Notes under the pieces: model-generated | What the model saw: the letters and a program-made list of their open reading frames with translations, nothing else | Database searches by the model: none | Told to the model about the DNA's origin: nothing | NCBI GenBank assembly: GCA_049999805.1 | Contig: JBNGIO010005967.1 | Span: forward strand, 1-50,361 | Length of the DNA: 50,361 bases | Direction: 5' to 3' | Origin: Folioceros fuciformis | Lineage: Eukaryota | Shown here: piece by piece, positions 11,492-23,364 of the stretch | Layout: every line of letters begins with the position of its first letter | Position numbering within the stretch: position 1 is the first letter of the stretch | Position numbers and translations under genes: made by a program

Positions 11492-13495
11492 ATGGCGGCA
11501 CGAGTGAGCCGCTCCTTGAGCCGGCCCTGGAACAATGCGGCAGCTCACAATGGAGCCAGCTACCGAACCATCATCACATCATTGCTTTTCTTCGCCTTCC
11601 TGGTCACAGCGGGCCTGCTGCTGCGGAGCGGCTCCCGAGTTGTTCCGGTTGTTACTTTTCCCGATTCTGTCCCATGTTTCGTTGCGTCAATTCTCCGTGG
11701 CTGGCATTGTGTTTCAGCTGCCGATCTGGATTGCGTCTGATCTGGTCCGGATCTGGCTTGAAGCGTTATGCCAGATCTGTGTTTACCGTTAGGACTGTGG
11801 AGAGCAGCTGAAGCAGCTGCGGTGGGTTGCGTTTGTTTCTGAGCTGACGAGCGTGTGGTGTTTGCCGGCAGGTCGGCACAACTGTGGATGCCGAAGGTAG
11901 TGAGGATTCTCAGCATTCGTATGCCCACAACATCCTCGCCGTTAGGTCATCAGGTACAGATCCTGATAGGATAAGAGCACAGCAGCTCTTCAAGCAAGCC
12001 AAGGAGCGGCTTGCGATCACCAGAGCTTATGCGGGTGTAGCTCGCCAGGGGAAGCTCAACATGACCAAGGTGGTGAATGTTTTCTCGGAGCAGGCGGATA
12101 GTTATGCGGAGCTTCTTGCTCGAGCTGAGAACAAGGCTTTGCTTGAGAGTGACGAGGTCAGTGAAGAGCATTACAGGAAATTTGAGACCGATGTGAAGGA
12201 GTTGTTCAGGTTGACTCGGGAGGCTATCTTGGATTCCAAGCATTTCTTCGATGATGAACTCAACATACAGCGGTTGGAGGATCAGCTCTTTCAAACCAAC
12301 TATCAGCTGTCGAAAGTGAAAAAAATCGGTGCAGTTGCTAGCCTTATAGCTGCCAAGTCTGTGCCTAAAAGTTTGCACTGCCTGTCGATGAGATTGATGG
12401 CTCTTCGTGTCTCCCAGCCGGATCTGTACAGACCGGAGGAACCTCTCCCACAGTTTGAGGATCCTAATCTGTATCACTATGCCATATTCTCAGACAGTGT
12501 GATTGGGACAGCGGTTGCGGTTCACTCTACTGTGAAAAACACAAAGAATACGAAGAAGCATGTCTTCCACATAGTGACGAACAAGATGAATGTGGCAGCT
12601 ATGCAAGTATGGTTCAAGAAGCGTGCGCCTTCGAAAGCTCATGTGGAGGTGAAGTCGGTGGATGACTTCAAGTTTCTGAAGTCATCTTATGTTCCTCTTT
12701 TGCGTCAACTGGAATCTCCGGAGTATTTGCAGTACTACTACAAAAACGTGGAGAACACAACGGTGGATAGCAGTAGACTGATGTTCGGTAACCCAAAGCA
12801 TCTGATGCTCAGCTATCTCAAATTCTACCTGCCAGAGATGTACCCGAAGCTATCCAAGATTCTTTTTTTGGACGATGATGTTGTTGTCCAGAAGGACTTA
12901 ACGCCCCTTTGGGACATCAACCTGGGTGGCAACGTGAATGGAGCTGTGGAAACTTGCTATGGTTCTGTCCACACACTGGACAAGTACTTGAATTTTGATA
13001 ACCCTCTGATCAGCTCTCGTTTTGACCCAAGTGCGTGTGGCTGGGCATTTGGTATGAATATTTTTGACTTGGACGCCTGGAAAAGGCATAAGTCCACGGA
13101 AGAGTACCATCGCTGGCAGAACTTGGTAACTCTTACCTATACTATGTTGCTTATTTGATGTACCGACCCGTGTATGCTGCATTCTCCGGTGCTTAGTGTT
13201 TCCTCTGTTTGGCATGCAGAATAAAGACCACACATTATGGAAGCTTGGGACTCTACCTCCAGGCTTGCTTACTTTCTACAAGACAACCAAGCCTCTGGAC
13301 AGGTCGTGGCATGTCCTGGGGTTAGGGTACAATCCTAACATCAGTATCGTGAAAATCAAGAACGCAGCAGTCATTCACTACAACGGGAACATGAAGCCAT
13401 GGTTGGACATTGCCTTGCCCCAGTACAAGGAGTATTGGACAAAGTATGTCGACTACAACATGGATGCAGTCCAGATGTGCAACATTGAGAAGTAG
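11492..13495 (+). CDS. GAUT8-like: Galacturonosyltransferase (GT8), divergent GAUT8/9-like; 3 exons (11492-11647, 11872-13125, 13220-13495)
   Basis: Type II TM anchor, PKSLHCLSMRL, HYAIFSD, FLDDDVVVQKDL, LWKLGTLPPGL and IHYNGNMKPW. Confidence 0.93.
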
Positions 13496-14297
13496 TAGAG
13501 GTCGCGCGCCTTAACCAATCATTCCTCAGCTGTTACTGGCACCTTTGGTCACTAACTTTTATGTAGCTGTAGAATCATTCTTATTTGCACCCATTTTTTA
13601 TTGGTAAAATAACTCCGATGGGAGCGAAGGCAATGACCGGCAGGATTCACGTTGATGTCGCTAGCTGGTGTGTACTGGTGGTAGTGGATTTTGATCATTG
13701 TTGTAAATGCGACGGGGAAGCAGAGGCTTTTATGAATCCTGCTTTGCCTTGTCTTAGATATGTTTGCTGTTGCGAGTTAGTTTGGAAGGGCACCTTGATT
13801 TTGGCACTTCGATTTGGCATCTAGAGGAAATCTCTTTGGCTGCTGTACAGCAGGCAATCTTGTACATATGAACTCCATAGACTTGTGGACTATTTAGTCT
13901 CTGGGTTTCGGGTGGGGAGCTGAGCAAGTCCCTGCTAGGAAAGGCATGAACACGGTTATTTCACAATATCAAGTGCGTTGGGCCATGTTCTGTGGAAGCG
14001 GGGATTCATCTCCTACGTTTTCGAGGATTATGACCCCGCGAAGGGCACAGGTCGGAGTAACAGATACACCTTTCCCACGAAATTTCACCAGAGCTGGCCC
14101 GCTGTAGGCTCTTAAGATTTCAACTCCATTCACTACTTTCGACATGGTCACGGCGGGACTTCAACTTATTCCGCTCACCATTTTTCAGACTTATCCAAAG
14201 AGAGATGCAAAATAGGCAGCTTGACAAATATTCATGCTTCAGCCCTACAAAACTGTTTCTGCGTCTAAGGGTACACGCCCATAGTGGGCTCAAGGCT

Positions 14298-17200
14298 TCA
14301 GAGAAGTCCTTGCCTTTGCAAATCTGTGTAAGTCTTCTTATTGTACACATTCCCTTCCTGATCCTCGTACTCTTCCTCCAGATCTGGCCGCCACTTATTG
14401 ACGCCTTGTCGTTCTTGAATCCGTTCCCAAAGAGCCCGGGAATCCTGCACAATACAACGATTAAGGCCACGTAGGTCACTTGCCCGATCCGGACTTCTTC
14501 ATCAAGAGCAAAAGCCCACTCACTGCGCAATTAAGCTGCAAACGATATTTAACCATTAAACAGGCGAACCTCAATAGACGTTATCTCATGGAAGTTTTTT
14601 GTGTTCGGAATGCCTAAACATCTCATGCCATGCTGATGCCGCCATTCCTTGAAATGCCTCTCAAATGCCCTGCGTCCCCAGTAGCTATAATTTCCACAGA
14701 TCTCACACTTGAATTCCTGCAAGTTGTTGAATTGCAAGTCAGGACACGGATGCATTATCTTTAGGTTATCTAAAACCCCCCAGTCTTACACCAAACACTT
14801 ACACACCTGCCCAAGGCCATGTAATTTATACAGCCAATATGGTATCGGCTTCCCATCCCAACCCATTGGGAGTTTCAAGGGGTTGTATATCTGCTGCTCT
14901 TCATCATCGCTCTCACTTTCAGCTTGGACTTCCTCCTGCAAGCATATCACCAGTCTGGGTTCAGAGACCAATCCATCTAGGCCTGACAAATAGGAACAAA
15001 GACAATAAACTCTAAATCAGTGAATTAGGGGTTCCTAAACAGTGTGGGGAGCCCGCGAGACAGTAAACAACATACTTCCTCACGCTCCGCTTCAATTTCC
15101 TCATACGTCAATGCATGTTTCTTTTCCACATGCGCCTTGGTTTCTTCAATAGCCTACACATCCGGCGACACATCAACCATCAATGCAAGGAGAACAGGAA
15201 ACAGCATGTATCATGTCCCAGAGACGATTTTACCCCATGGAGCAGCTCACACAGCCTCTGCATTTTCACTTCAGCAAGAGCGACGGCTTTCAACGCCTGA
15301 AGCTGCGGTTCAAACTCTTTTTCTTTCTTTTGCTGCATGAGATTTCCTTTTGCAAAATGTTTGCGGTCGAGTTCCTCCAGAGATTGAGACTGTCATATGA
15401 CGACGAGCGTGTCAGACGTACCGAACTCTTACAAGTTACCATGATAATGTCCAAAAAGAAACTCTGTTATGGCACATGACTAGGTAGAAATTTTCTGGTG
15501 AGGTGCAAGAACAGCTTGAATTGCACTTAGGCTAAAAACGTATTTGTAGTACTGAAAAGGAAATTCACCATCACATTTGCAAAGTATAGTACTCCACACC
15601 TGTAACAAATGTTAATGACAACCATTTAAAAGACGTATGACCAAACAATGACAAAGTTGAGCCTATCAAATTGTCTGACTCCTCTTCCTACTTGGAAGAA
15701 ACTGAGAAAGAAGAGAGGGAGTACAAGTAAGAACCTTCAACAAAAACAATCTTTCCGCCCTTTGCTGAAGAGTTCCTCCGCTCTTGAGACCTTTCGCAGA
15801 CAGAGCCTGCACATCCATTGGACAGTATCAGCGTGACAAGCATAGACTAAGAGAATACTATACAGCAGGACTGTAGTCCAGTGCTCTTTGTCGAATTCAG
15901 CAATAAATGGAGGGGGAACACGAGCAACTGCAGTTTACTTGTTTCAGCTTTTCAGGCCCAAGCTCAGCCAGAGAGTCAGCCGAATCATAATCTTCGAGGT
16001 TAATCATTGATTCCTCAGGCATTGACTCTTGAGCACTATTTCCCAACCCTCTGTCCTCCCAACCCTGCACCTTGCCACTAGCCCACCGTTCTTCAAAATC
16101 TGCCTCCACCTGCGGACATTCAGAAACCGCATTAGAATTTGGTGTAACAAGAGATCAGTGTAAGCAAGATTCTCCAGTTTCTTGTCTGCGAGGTACAAAC
16201 CTTTGCAAATATTTTCTGCGTATCTTGGAGAGGTTGAGTTCGATGGAAGAAAGACAACAAATACTCTGTGACCTCTGCCAGGTAATCACGATACGCCCTG
16301 CAGCAGCATCGCTTCTTTCAGAGACTCAACAACTGAAACAATAGTGACGAATGGAAAGAGATCAAGTCACGTACTTTGCATTCTTCTGGCTACGGGGTAT
16401 TTTATGTGTCTGTGGGAATTCGTTGAGAAACCCCGCATACTCAATCGGATGACCGAACTTCGAATTTAAGAAACGGTTGTGAAGCTCATGCAGGTCAAGG
16501 TACCGCCCATAGGCCTCCTGAAATAAGCCAGGAAAAAGAAGGATTACAATCCGCCTTACTAAACTGCGTATCCAACCCACCGTGCATGCTAGGAGAGGAC
16601 CCAACCTCTCCGCTGAACTCCACATAGGGCTCCTCCTTCAAAAGCTCCTCCACATCCTCACCGTCATCAACTACACGAGCATTCTGATATCTTCTGTGGT
16701 ACTCCCGAATCTGAAATTGCACACAAGCAGTTACTTTGCACGGCCTCCTCAGCTGGTTGAGAACTTCTACTTCGTGGGAACAAAATAACCAAAAATCAAA
16801 CAACAAACCTTAAGGCCTCCCCACCTGTTTCAGCCTCTCATAGAACACGCTGAACACATTTTGCCCACTTGCACTCTGCCCACCAAGGTCAGCAATCTCA
16901 TCCCTCCTTGCGTTGTCGCGGTCTTCATAAATTTCAATCTAGTGCACGACACTTAAAGGATCACCGCGTCGCCATTCAACATGCCCAGCAATCTAACAAG
17001 GAAAGTGAAAGAATCACACTACAGACGGCCGGAACAAATGCCGTGGGCGAAGTCAGCTGCCCCCCAGGAGCGACCGACAGTGTGAACCAGTACCCAGATC
17101 GAAGAAAAGAATCATGAACACAGAGCACTCACAAGGCGGTTGGTGTTTCCGATGATGGCTTCCAACATGTTAGCCACACGGTGACTCTGGTGAAGCCGCT

Positions 17201-17306
17201 CCTTGTGTGACTTGGACTCGGTCTGCAGATCCTTCACCACCAACCTCTCAAACTTCTCCACCTCCTCGTGGGCAGCCCGTGTCTGCTCCAACACGGTGGC
17301 CGACAT
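14298..17306 (-). CDS. SF3A3: Splicing factor 3A subunit 3 (SF3a60/PRP9/ATROPOS); 12 exons (17306-17133, 16938-16825, 16710-16606, 16517-16375, 16297-16201, 16109-15939, 15806-15735, 15389-15234, 15153-15076, 14935-14807, 14716-14570, 14444-14298)
   Basis: [17 protein letters not shown] start, [57 protein letters not shown]...HFKEWRH zinc finger and [11 protein letters not shown] end. Confidence 0.96.
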
Positions 17307-17510
17307 GGTGGAGCCCAGAATCCACTGGCACACAGCGCCCAAGCCAGTGACGAATCCTGAGCCTCACTAGCGCAAATTAGGGTTCGCGGAGGAAGGACCG
17401 GCGACACATACCAGGCGCGAACTAGCGCGAAATAGCACTATCTACATGTAACGCATATGTGAGAAGGGGCTGCGACTGTTGTTCTTTCGGCTCGTGTCGC
17501 AGGCGGGCAG
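17307..17510. promoter_or_regulatory. Probable bidirectional promoter between SF3A3 and ribophorin I, with a telo-box-like motif
   Basis: Only 204 bp separate the divergent ATGs. ATTAGGGTT at ~17376-17384. Confidence 0.6.
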
Positions 17511-19394
17511 ATGGCGGCGGGGAGGAGCGTGGACGTGTGCTTGGCAGTGGTGGCACCGGTGTTGGTGCTGCTCGCTCTCGCAGCCGGTCCGGGCGGTGTT
17601 GCTGCCGAGTCTCGGCAATTCCACGGCCTCACATTGGCCAAGGTGGAGCGCAGAATAGATCTCACCACGCAGGTGGCTAGGGTGACAGTGGCGATTAAGG
17701 TGGAGAATGAAGGTTCGCATCTGGCGTCGGAAATTGTGTTCGGGATCACCTCGGAGCAGGCCGAGCATCTGGCGCTGGTGAAGGCGGGAGCTTTGGAAGG
17801 GAAAGGAAAGAACAAGGTGACGGCGGTGTTTTTGAACGTGGAGCGTACAGCTGGAGAGGGACTGCCAGCTGACCACTCCTACTACGCCATAGCTTTGAAT
17901 AAGCCTCTTGCCCCCGGTCATTCGGTGGCATTGGAGCTTTTCCTAGTCTTCACTCATGTGCAGAAGCCGTTCCCGGCGGAGATCAGCCAGGGTGATACGC
18001 AGCTTGTTGTGTACAAGGACAGTGCGGTCTTCTTCTCTCCCTATCCTGCCAAGTTCCAGCTTACTTCTTTCAAGCTCCCTAGCAGTCGGATCGAGTCCTA
18101 TACCAAGGTGGAGCCGGTCAAGGTTGCCGACTCGGAGATCCGTTATGGCCCCTATGAGAAGACATCGGCCTTGACTAAGAAGCCCGTGGAGGTGCATTTC
18201 GAGAACAACCAGCCTTTTGCTGTCGTGGAAACACTCGAGCGCGAGATAGAGATTTCGCACTGGGGGAATGTCTATGTCACCGAGAACTATCACTTGAAAC
18301 ATGGAGGAGCGAAGCTCAAGGGCGGGTTCTCCAGGTTCGACTACCAGTCCAAACCTAATGGTGGTCTGTCGGCCTTCCGCCGCCTTCATGCCAGGCTCCC
18401 TCCACGGGCGCACTCGGTGTACTACAGGGATGAGATCGGGAATATCTCGACGTCACATTTGTCTGCTGACAGGACTAAGACTGATCTGGAGATTGAGCCC
18501 AGGTATCCACTGTTTGGAGGTTGGCAGGTGACGTTTACCCTGGGGTACAGTCTTCCACTCGAGGATTTTGTCTTCAAGTCGAGAGATGGGCGCCTGTACA
18601 GTAACGTCACTTTTGGTAGTCCGTTTGGCAATTTGGTTATCGACAAGCTTGTGGTGAAGGTGATTTTACCTGAAGGATCACGGGATCCTTCTGCGAGTAT
18701 CGATATGGATGTGGAACGCCACCAGGAAGTGAAGCACACATACCTGGATACAGTTGGGAGGCCTGTTGTCGCGCTTACCAAGTTTAACTACGTGGCGGAG
18801 CATAACCTGTTCTTCCAGGTTTATTACAGGTTCAGCACTTTCGCCATGCTGGCTGAACCGTTGCTGCTGGTCTCCGGGTTCCTGGCGCTGTTTTTGGCGT
18901 ACATCGGGTTCACTCACTCCGACTGGACCATCGCCAAGTCTTCTGCATCATACCAGGCTCGTCTCCAGCGGGAGGAGTTTCTAAATGCTGTGCACAAATT
19001 GCACAAGTTTTTGCAGATACGAGCAACTGTTGGAGACCGGCTTGAGGCAGCGTTGCGTGACCTAGCTCGAACCGGAGATGTTGCCGCGTGTAAGGCCTCT
19101 CGGAAGAGTGCTGATGCTTCATTCAAGGACACAGGGAAGGAGATCAAGGCGATTGTGGAGTCTCTGCTGCAAGCGTCGTCTCGCTCTTCTCCCCTGTTGT
19201 CTAAGGTCGAGACTTTGGTTGCAAAGGACAAGGAGAAGCAGGAGAAGTTGCTGCAGAAGCACACCCTGACTGTGGAGTTGTATGAGCGGAAACATTCCAG
19301 CAAGGACATCGATAGTCGAGTAGCCCCTCATCAACAAAAGATTTCCACTCTGACCACTGAAATCAACGAGCTTCTGAGCCTTTTGGAAGATTAA
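17511..19394 (+). CDS. OST1: Oligosaccharyltransferase subunit 1 (ribophorin I); intronless, 627 aa
   Basis: Signal peptide, REIEISHWGNV, VYYRDEIGNISTS, PRYPLFGGW, TYLDTVGRPVV, a TM segment and a C-terminal coiled coil. Confidence 0.96.
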   Translation: MAAGRSVDVCLAVVAPVLVLLALAAGPGGVAAESRQFHGLTLAKVERRIDLTTQVARVTVAIKVENEGSHLASEIVFGITSEQAEHLALVKAGALEGKGKNKVTAVFLNVERTAGEGLPADHSYYAIALNKPLAPGHSVALELFLVFTHVQKPFPAEISQGDTQLVVYKDSAVFFSPYPAKFQLTSFKLPSSRIESYTKVEPVKVADSEIRYGPYEKTSALTKKPVEVHFENNQPFAVVETLEREIEISHWGNVYVTENYHLKHGGAKLKGGFSRFDYQSKPNGGLSAFRRLHARLPPRAHSVYYRDEIGNISTSHLSADRTKTDLEIEPRYPLFGGWQVTFTLGYSLPLEDFVFKSRDGRLYSNVTFGSPFGNLVIDKLVVKVILPEGSRDPSASIDMDVERHQEVKHTYLDTVGRPVVALTKFNYVAEHNLFFQVYYRFSTFAMLAEPLLLVSGFLALFLAYIGFTHSDWTIAKSSASYQARLQREEFLNAVHKLHKFLQIRATVGDRLEAALRDLARTGDVAACKASRKSADASFKDTGKEIKAIVESLLQASSRSSPLLSKVETLVAKDKEKQEKLLQKHTLTVELYERKHSSKDIDSRVAPHQQKISTLTTEINELLSLLED

Positions 19395-19717
19395 GCTGCG
19401 CGACATAGGAGTCTGTTCTCATATGTAGTGAATAGATGGACACCCTAGCGAATTTTTGTAGGTATGCTCTACTTCACACAATGAGGGATGGAGCGTCAAG
19501 TCAACTCATGTCCAACAGACTGATCAAGTTTCATGGGTGGAATAGCAGCGGCGAACAGAGTGTCTAGGGGTTTATGACACCAGAAGTTCTTGCTATGTGC
19601 CCCTCTTCAAAAATTGCTGCTCTTGGCATGAAGTTGTGCTGCATTTGCTGCGGCTGTTTCGTCGACCTGCAAAAGTGTTCTAGCACTCATCTTTGTGCCG
19701 CTCTTCTAGGTTGGATT

Positions 19718-21148
19718 TCACATTTTTGAAAATTCCTCACTTCGCTTGGATGCAGCCACTACCGCGTCCATCAAAGCAGCCCGAAACCCTGCTTTCTCCA
19801 GAGCATGTATGCCTGCAATTGTAGTTCCAGCAGGCGAGGCAACCTGATCTTTAAGTTGTCCCGGATGTTTACCCGTATCTAATACCATCTTTGCAGATCC
19901 ATATACCTGCCACAAATTGCAAGAGCAGTAAATCATTTGCGTGACCCCCATTGAAGACGTGCGACAGCAATATCAGCAGATTCTTCGGCTTTAGAAGTAG
20001 CTTCGCTGGAAGGTAGTTACAGTCTGTGCTGCGAGTGACAAAGCCACATCCCGAGGAAGTCCGGCAGCTACTCCACCATCAGCAAGGGCCTCGATAGCAA
20101 GAAAGACGAAGGCTGGTCCACTCCCACTGCCGTAGCAGCAACAAAAATTGATTAAGATGGACCAATTCTGAGAAAAGTGCACACTAAGCCCTCAGCTTGG
20201 CAAAATCAGAGTGCATCCTACCTTGGAGGTCCGAAAGCATGCTTACCTGAGCCCGGTGACTGCATCCAGAAGCTTTTCATCAACAACGTGGATGGTCCCG
20301 ATTGTCTGGAACAGGGTTTTCACATAGTCCGCATCTTTCAATGTGGCTCTACTACCCACGCTCAGTGCTATCAGGTGAACAACTCGAGGGAAATCAGATG
20401 AAGTACTGTGCATCGGGACAGGCTTGATGTATGAACAGATAGAGACATGCAGGTAAACGGAATGCACCTGCTGCTGTAGCGCCCACCAGGCAAGGCGTGT
20501 TGGGCATGACTCTCACAACTCTTGCTTCTCCGGCCCACTCCTGCATGGAAGTCAAGCGATGAGAAGAAAGGACACATGGCATGAATTCGGCTGCCAGTGC
20601 TTGTGAGGGAGTACCTGCAAGTTCGCTAGGGTGACTCCTGCTGCAATTGATATCAACAGATGTTTGTCGGTGAGACTTGGTTTCAGGTCCAAGAGAACCT
20701 GTTTAGCTGCAACCACAAGCATGAGCTCAGATTCAGCTGCTCGTCTCCCCTCCATAATCACCGTCTGTGAAGCTCAGTGGTAGATGGAACCGAGCGAGAA
20801 GGAGGTGACTTACACACCAGTCTGAGGCTTCACAGCAAGAACGAGCACATCGCTGTTGCTGGCAACCTGTGTAAATCAGCAGAGGCAAGCAGAAGATTAC
20901 ATCAACCCAACACCAACACAATTTGAGGCAGCACTGGGAGCGCGGATCACACCCACCTGACTGTTGGAATTGAAAACGGAGGCTCCGAAGCTTTTGAAGA
21001 CATCACAGCGGGCAGCATTCACGTCGGAGGCGCTCATGCTGTGGGAGGGGACCAAGCCACTGCGGTCCAGCCCTCGAGCAATGGCCTCCGCCATCATCCC
21101 TGCTCCGATGAATCCCAGACGAGCTGGCGCAGCAGTCTGCTCCGCCAT
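19718..21148 (-). CDS. P5CR: Pyrroline-5-carboxylate reductase; 7 exons (21148-20957, 20866-20818, 20706-20615, 20540-20468, 20367-20247, 20126-20021, 19906-19718); possible upstream start at 21316
   Basis: [11 protein letters not shown] (Rossmann fold), [31 protein letters not shown] and SPAGTTIAG. Confidence 0.95.
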
Positions 21149-21779
21149 GGTGATGCGGAGCGCGTGGTGCCGAGTCTCCACCACAACCTTCTTCGCCTGA
21201 CTCTGAGCAAGTGCCGGAGCAGGAGCAGCAGTGGGGGACAGTCGGTGGAGCAGCCTTGCAGGCAGCAACGATGCGGTGCGAGGCAACAAAAAAGTAGCAA
21301 AGCGGAAACAGTTCATTAAGGAAGTGCTGGAAGGCGTGAGCCCGGACCAGAACAGATGTAGGCTATATATGGATGCCACAGCCTCAAATCCAGCACTTGG
21401 TGTTCGGTGCATCAACTAACAATGGGAATCTCGTGTTCAGGGCCCAGGAGAGGCTGTTGAAGTCCGCTCCAGTACAGTGCACGGTTTGAGTGCGTGGTTC
21501 GCTCTGGGCCTAAAACTGGCGGCTAAACACACACTCATGTTCGTAAACTAGGTTCAGGTTCGGCACCCTTTTTTTTCTTTTTCTTTTTTTTCCCTCTCGC
21601 ATGTCTTTATAAGGTACTTTATGGATTCGATAATTGATCAAATAAGTTATTAAGGAGTGCATGAAGTAAGTAGTTTTTGAAAATGATGGTTGAAGGGATA
21701 TGATGTTCTCTAACTTCTTGGGATTTTTTGGGAGAAAATAAACCTTTTATCTTTCTTTAATAATAAAAAATAATTAATC

Positions 21780-21845
21780 TTTATCTCAATGTTTATCTAT
21801 TATCTCAATGTTTATCTATTATCTCAATGTTTATCTATTATTAAT
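21780..21845. repeat. 20-bp AT-rich tandem repeat, 3 copies, next to an N gap
   Basis: TTATCTCAATGTTTATCTA(T) occurs three times. Confidence 0.85.
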
Positions 21846-22264
21846 ANNNNNNNNNNNNNNNNNNNNNNNNNNNNNNNNNNNNNNNNNNNNNNNNNNNNNN
21901 NNNNNNNNNNNNNNNNNNNNNNNNNNNNNNNNNNNNNNNNNNNNNNTTATAAAATATAAGGAAGGTGCGTATATCCAAAAGAGGAGAGAACTGTCACGAC
22001 TATACAAGGGATTTCAGCATTGCCCTGAAAGCAAAGCGCTAGCATATGCTTCCCACTGCCGCATGTGTCCTCCCGGCTGCCATGTCCTGGAAGACTGCTC
22101 CTGCGGATGACGCATGGGTAGCAGTATAGGAAAACGTGAAGACCTTTTTTTCCTATTAAACTACCTGGAAGAGAATCATTCTGTCGTCTTTGAAACTCTC
22201 GATCGGATCTCCATCGTGTGCTCTAATTCCCCATCGGAATTTCATGCTCAAATCTTCTCGAGCT

Positions 22265-23126
22265 TCACGTTGCGCGTTTCTTAGCTCTGAACTTAGCTAT
22301 GTTACTGTTGACCCTTGCCGAGACTCTTTTGCGGAATCCGGGATATGGCTCGTAGCCGAAGAGCGACTGCAAGATCTGCCAACAGAATGCAATTTGGACC
22401 ACAGGCTTCGAGAACACAATTTTGAAAGCCTGCCATGACGGACTAAGTGAATACATGCAGAGCCTACCTCAAGGAGCACGAAGAATGGCGCCATGAGAAA
22501 AGCCTGGGCGAGGTTGTCCAACAGAGCAGGTGCACGGCCCTGTGAGGACGACACAGAAGCTAGACTCAACTATTGAAGAAAGCCGTGCAGCAGCCATTGT
22601 TGGACATGGAAGCTTCAGCTGCATACCTCAAATACTCCGTGACCCAGAAATTGGGATCCCCAGCACACCAGTTGGGACACCAGGACCACCTGCAACAACA
22701 CATCCCAAGTGTGAGAAAGAGAACAGGGATATGGAGGGGCAGGGGAACGCGAGCCACTTTGAATGAAACCGAAATTACCTTCCAGCCCAGATGAAAGCCC
22801 AAAATTTGGGCAATTGCATTGCTCGATACCCAGCAGAGCATGCACACGGCAGCAGCGATGGAGCCTGCCTTCTTATCCAGAGCCACATAGTAGAGAGCAT
22901 AGACGGCAGCCACAACAAAGCTCCAATTGAGCACCATGAATTGCTGGCCAGGGAAGGAGGCAGGTGGGAATGGCAGGGGAGCAAGGGCCTGGGTGAAGGC
23001 CAGCAAGACGAGGGAGGTGAGGAAGATCGGCCACACAAACAGCACGTGAATCAGCACGTTGATGCGATTGGTGTGGTAAGCCCCGTAGAAGGCGAATTGT
23101 GTCTCGAGATCTAACAGGCCCGCCAT
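22265..23126 (-). CDS. DUF962/Mpo1-like ER membrane protein (2-hydroxy fatty acid dioxygenase family); 4 exons (23126-22779, 22689-22627, 22539-22468, 22375-22265)
   Basis: [48 protein letters not shown] and GYEPYPGF. Confidence 0.92.
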
Positions 23127-23364
23127 CACGCTAGCTCGCTTTCCTGCTGAATCTGAGCGGCAGGCCCGGACCAAGAAAGCTTTGGGGGTCAGAGGCTTGG
23201 AACCCACCAGCTGCGAAGACTTACTTGTGGGCGAATTCTTCACAGTTGGGCAGGCGGGGTTCCGGGGTTTTAACAACCCACTGGCGGCAATAGCAGGGTA
23301 GGCTGCTGTCGCACGCTGGTTCAGCTGTGCTGTCGCACGCTGGTTCAGCTGTGCTGTCGCAATC

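Noticed and set aside
7029..13495. P450 plus glycosyltransferase as a biosynthetic gene cluster
   Set aside because: The GT is a Golgi-type pectin GT8, not a small-molecule UGT, and no scaffold-forming enzyme lies nearby.
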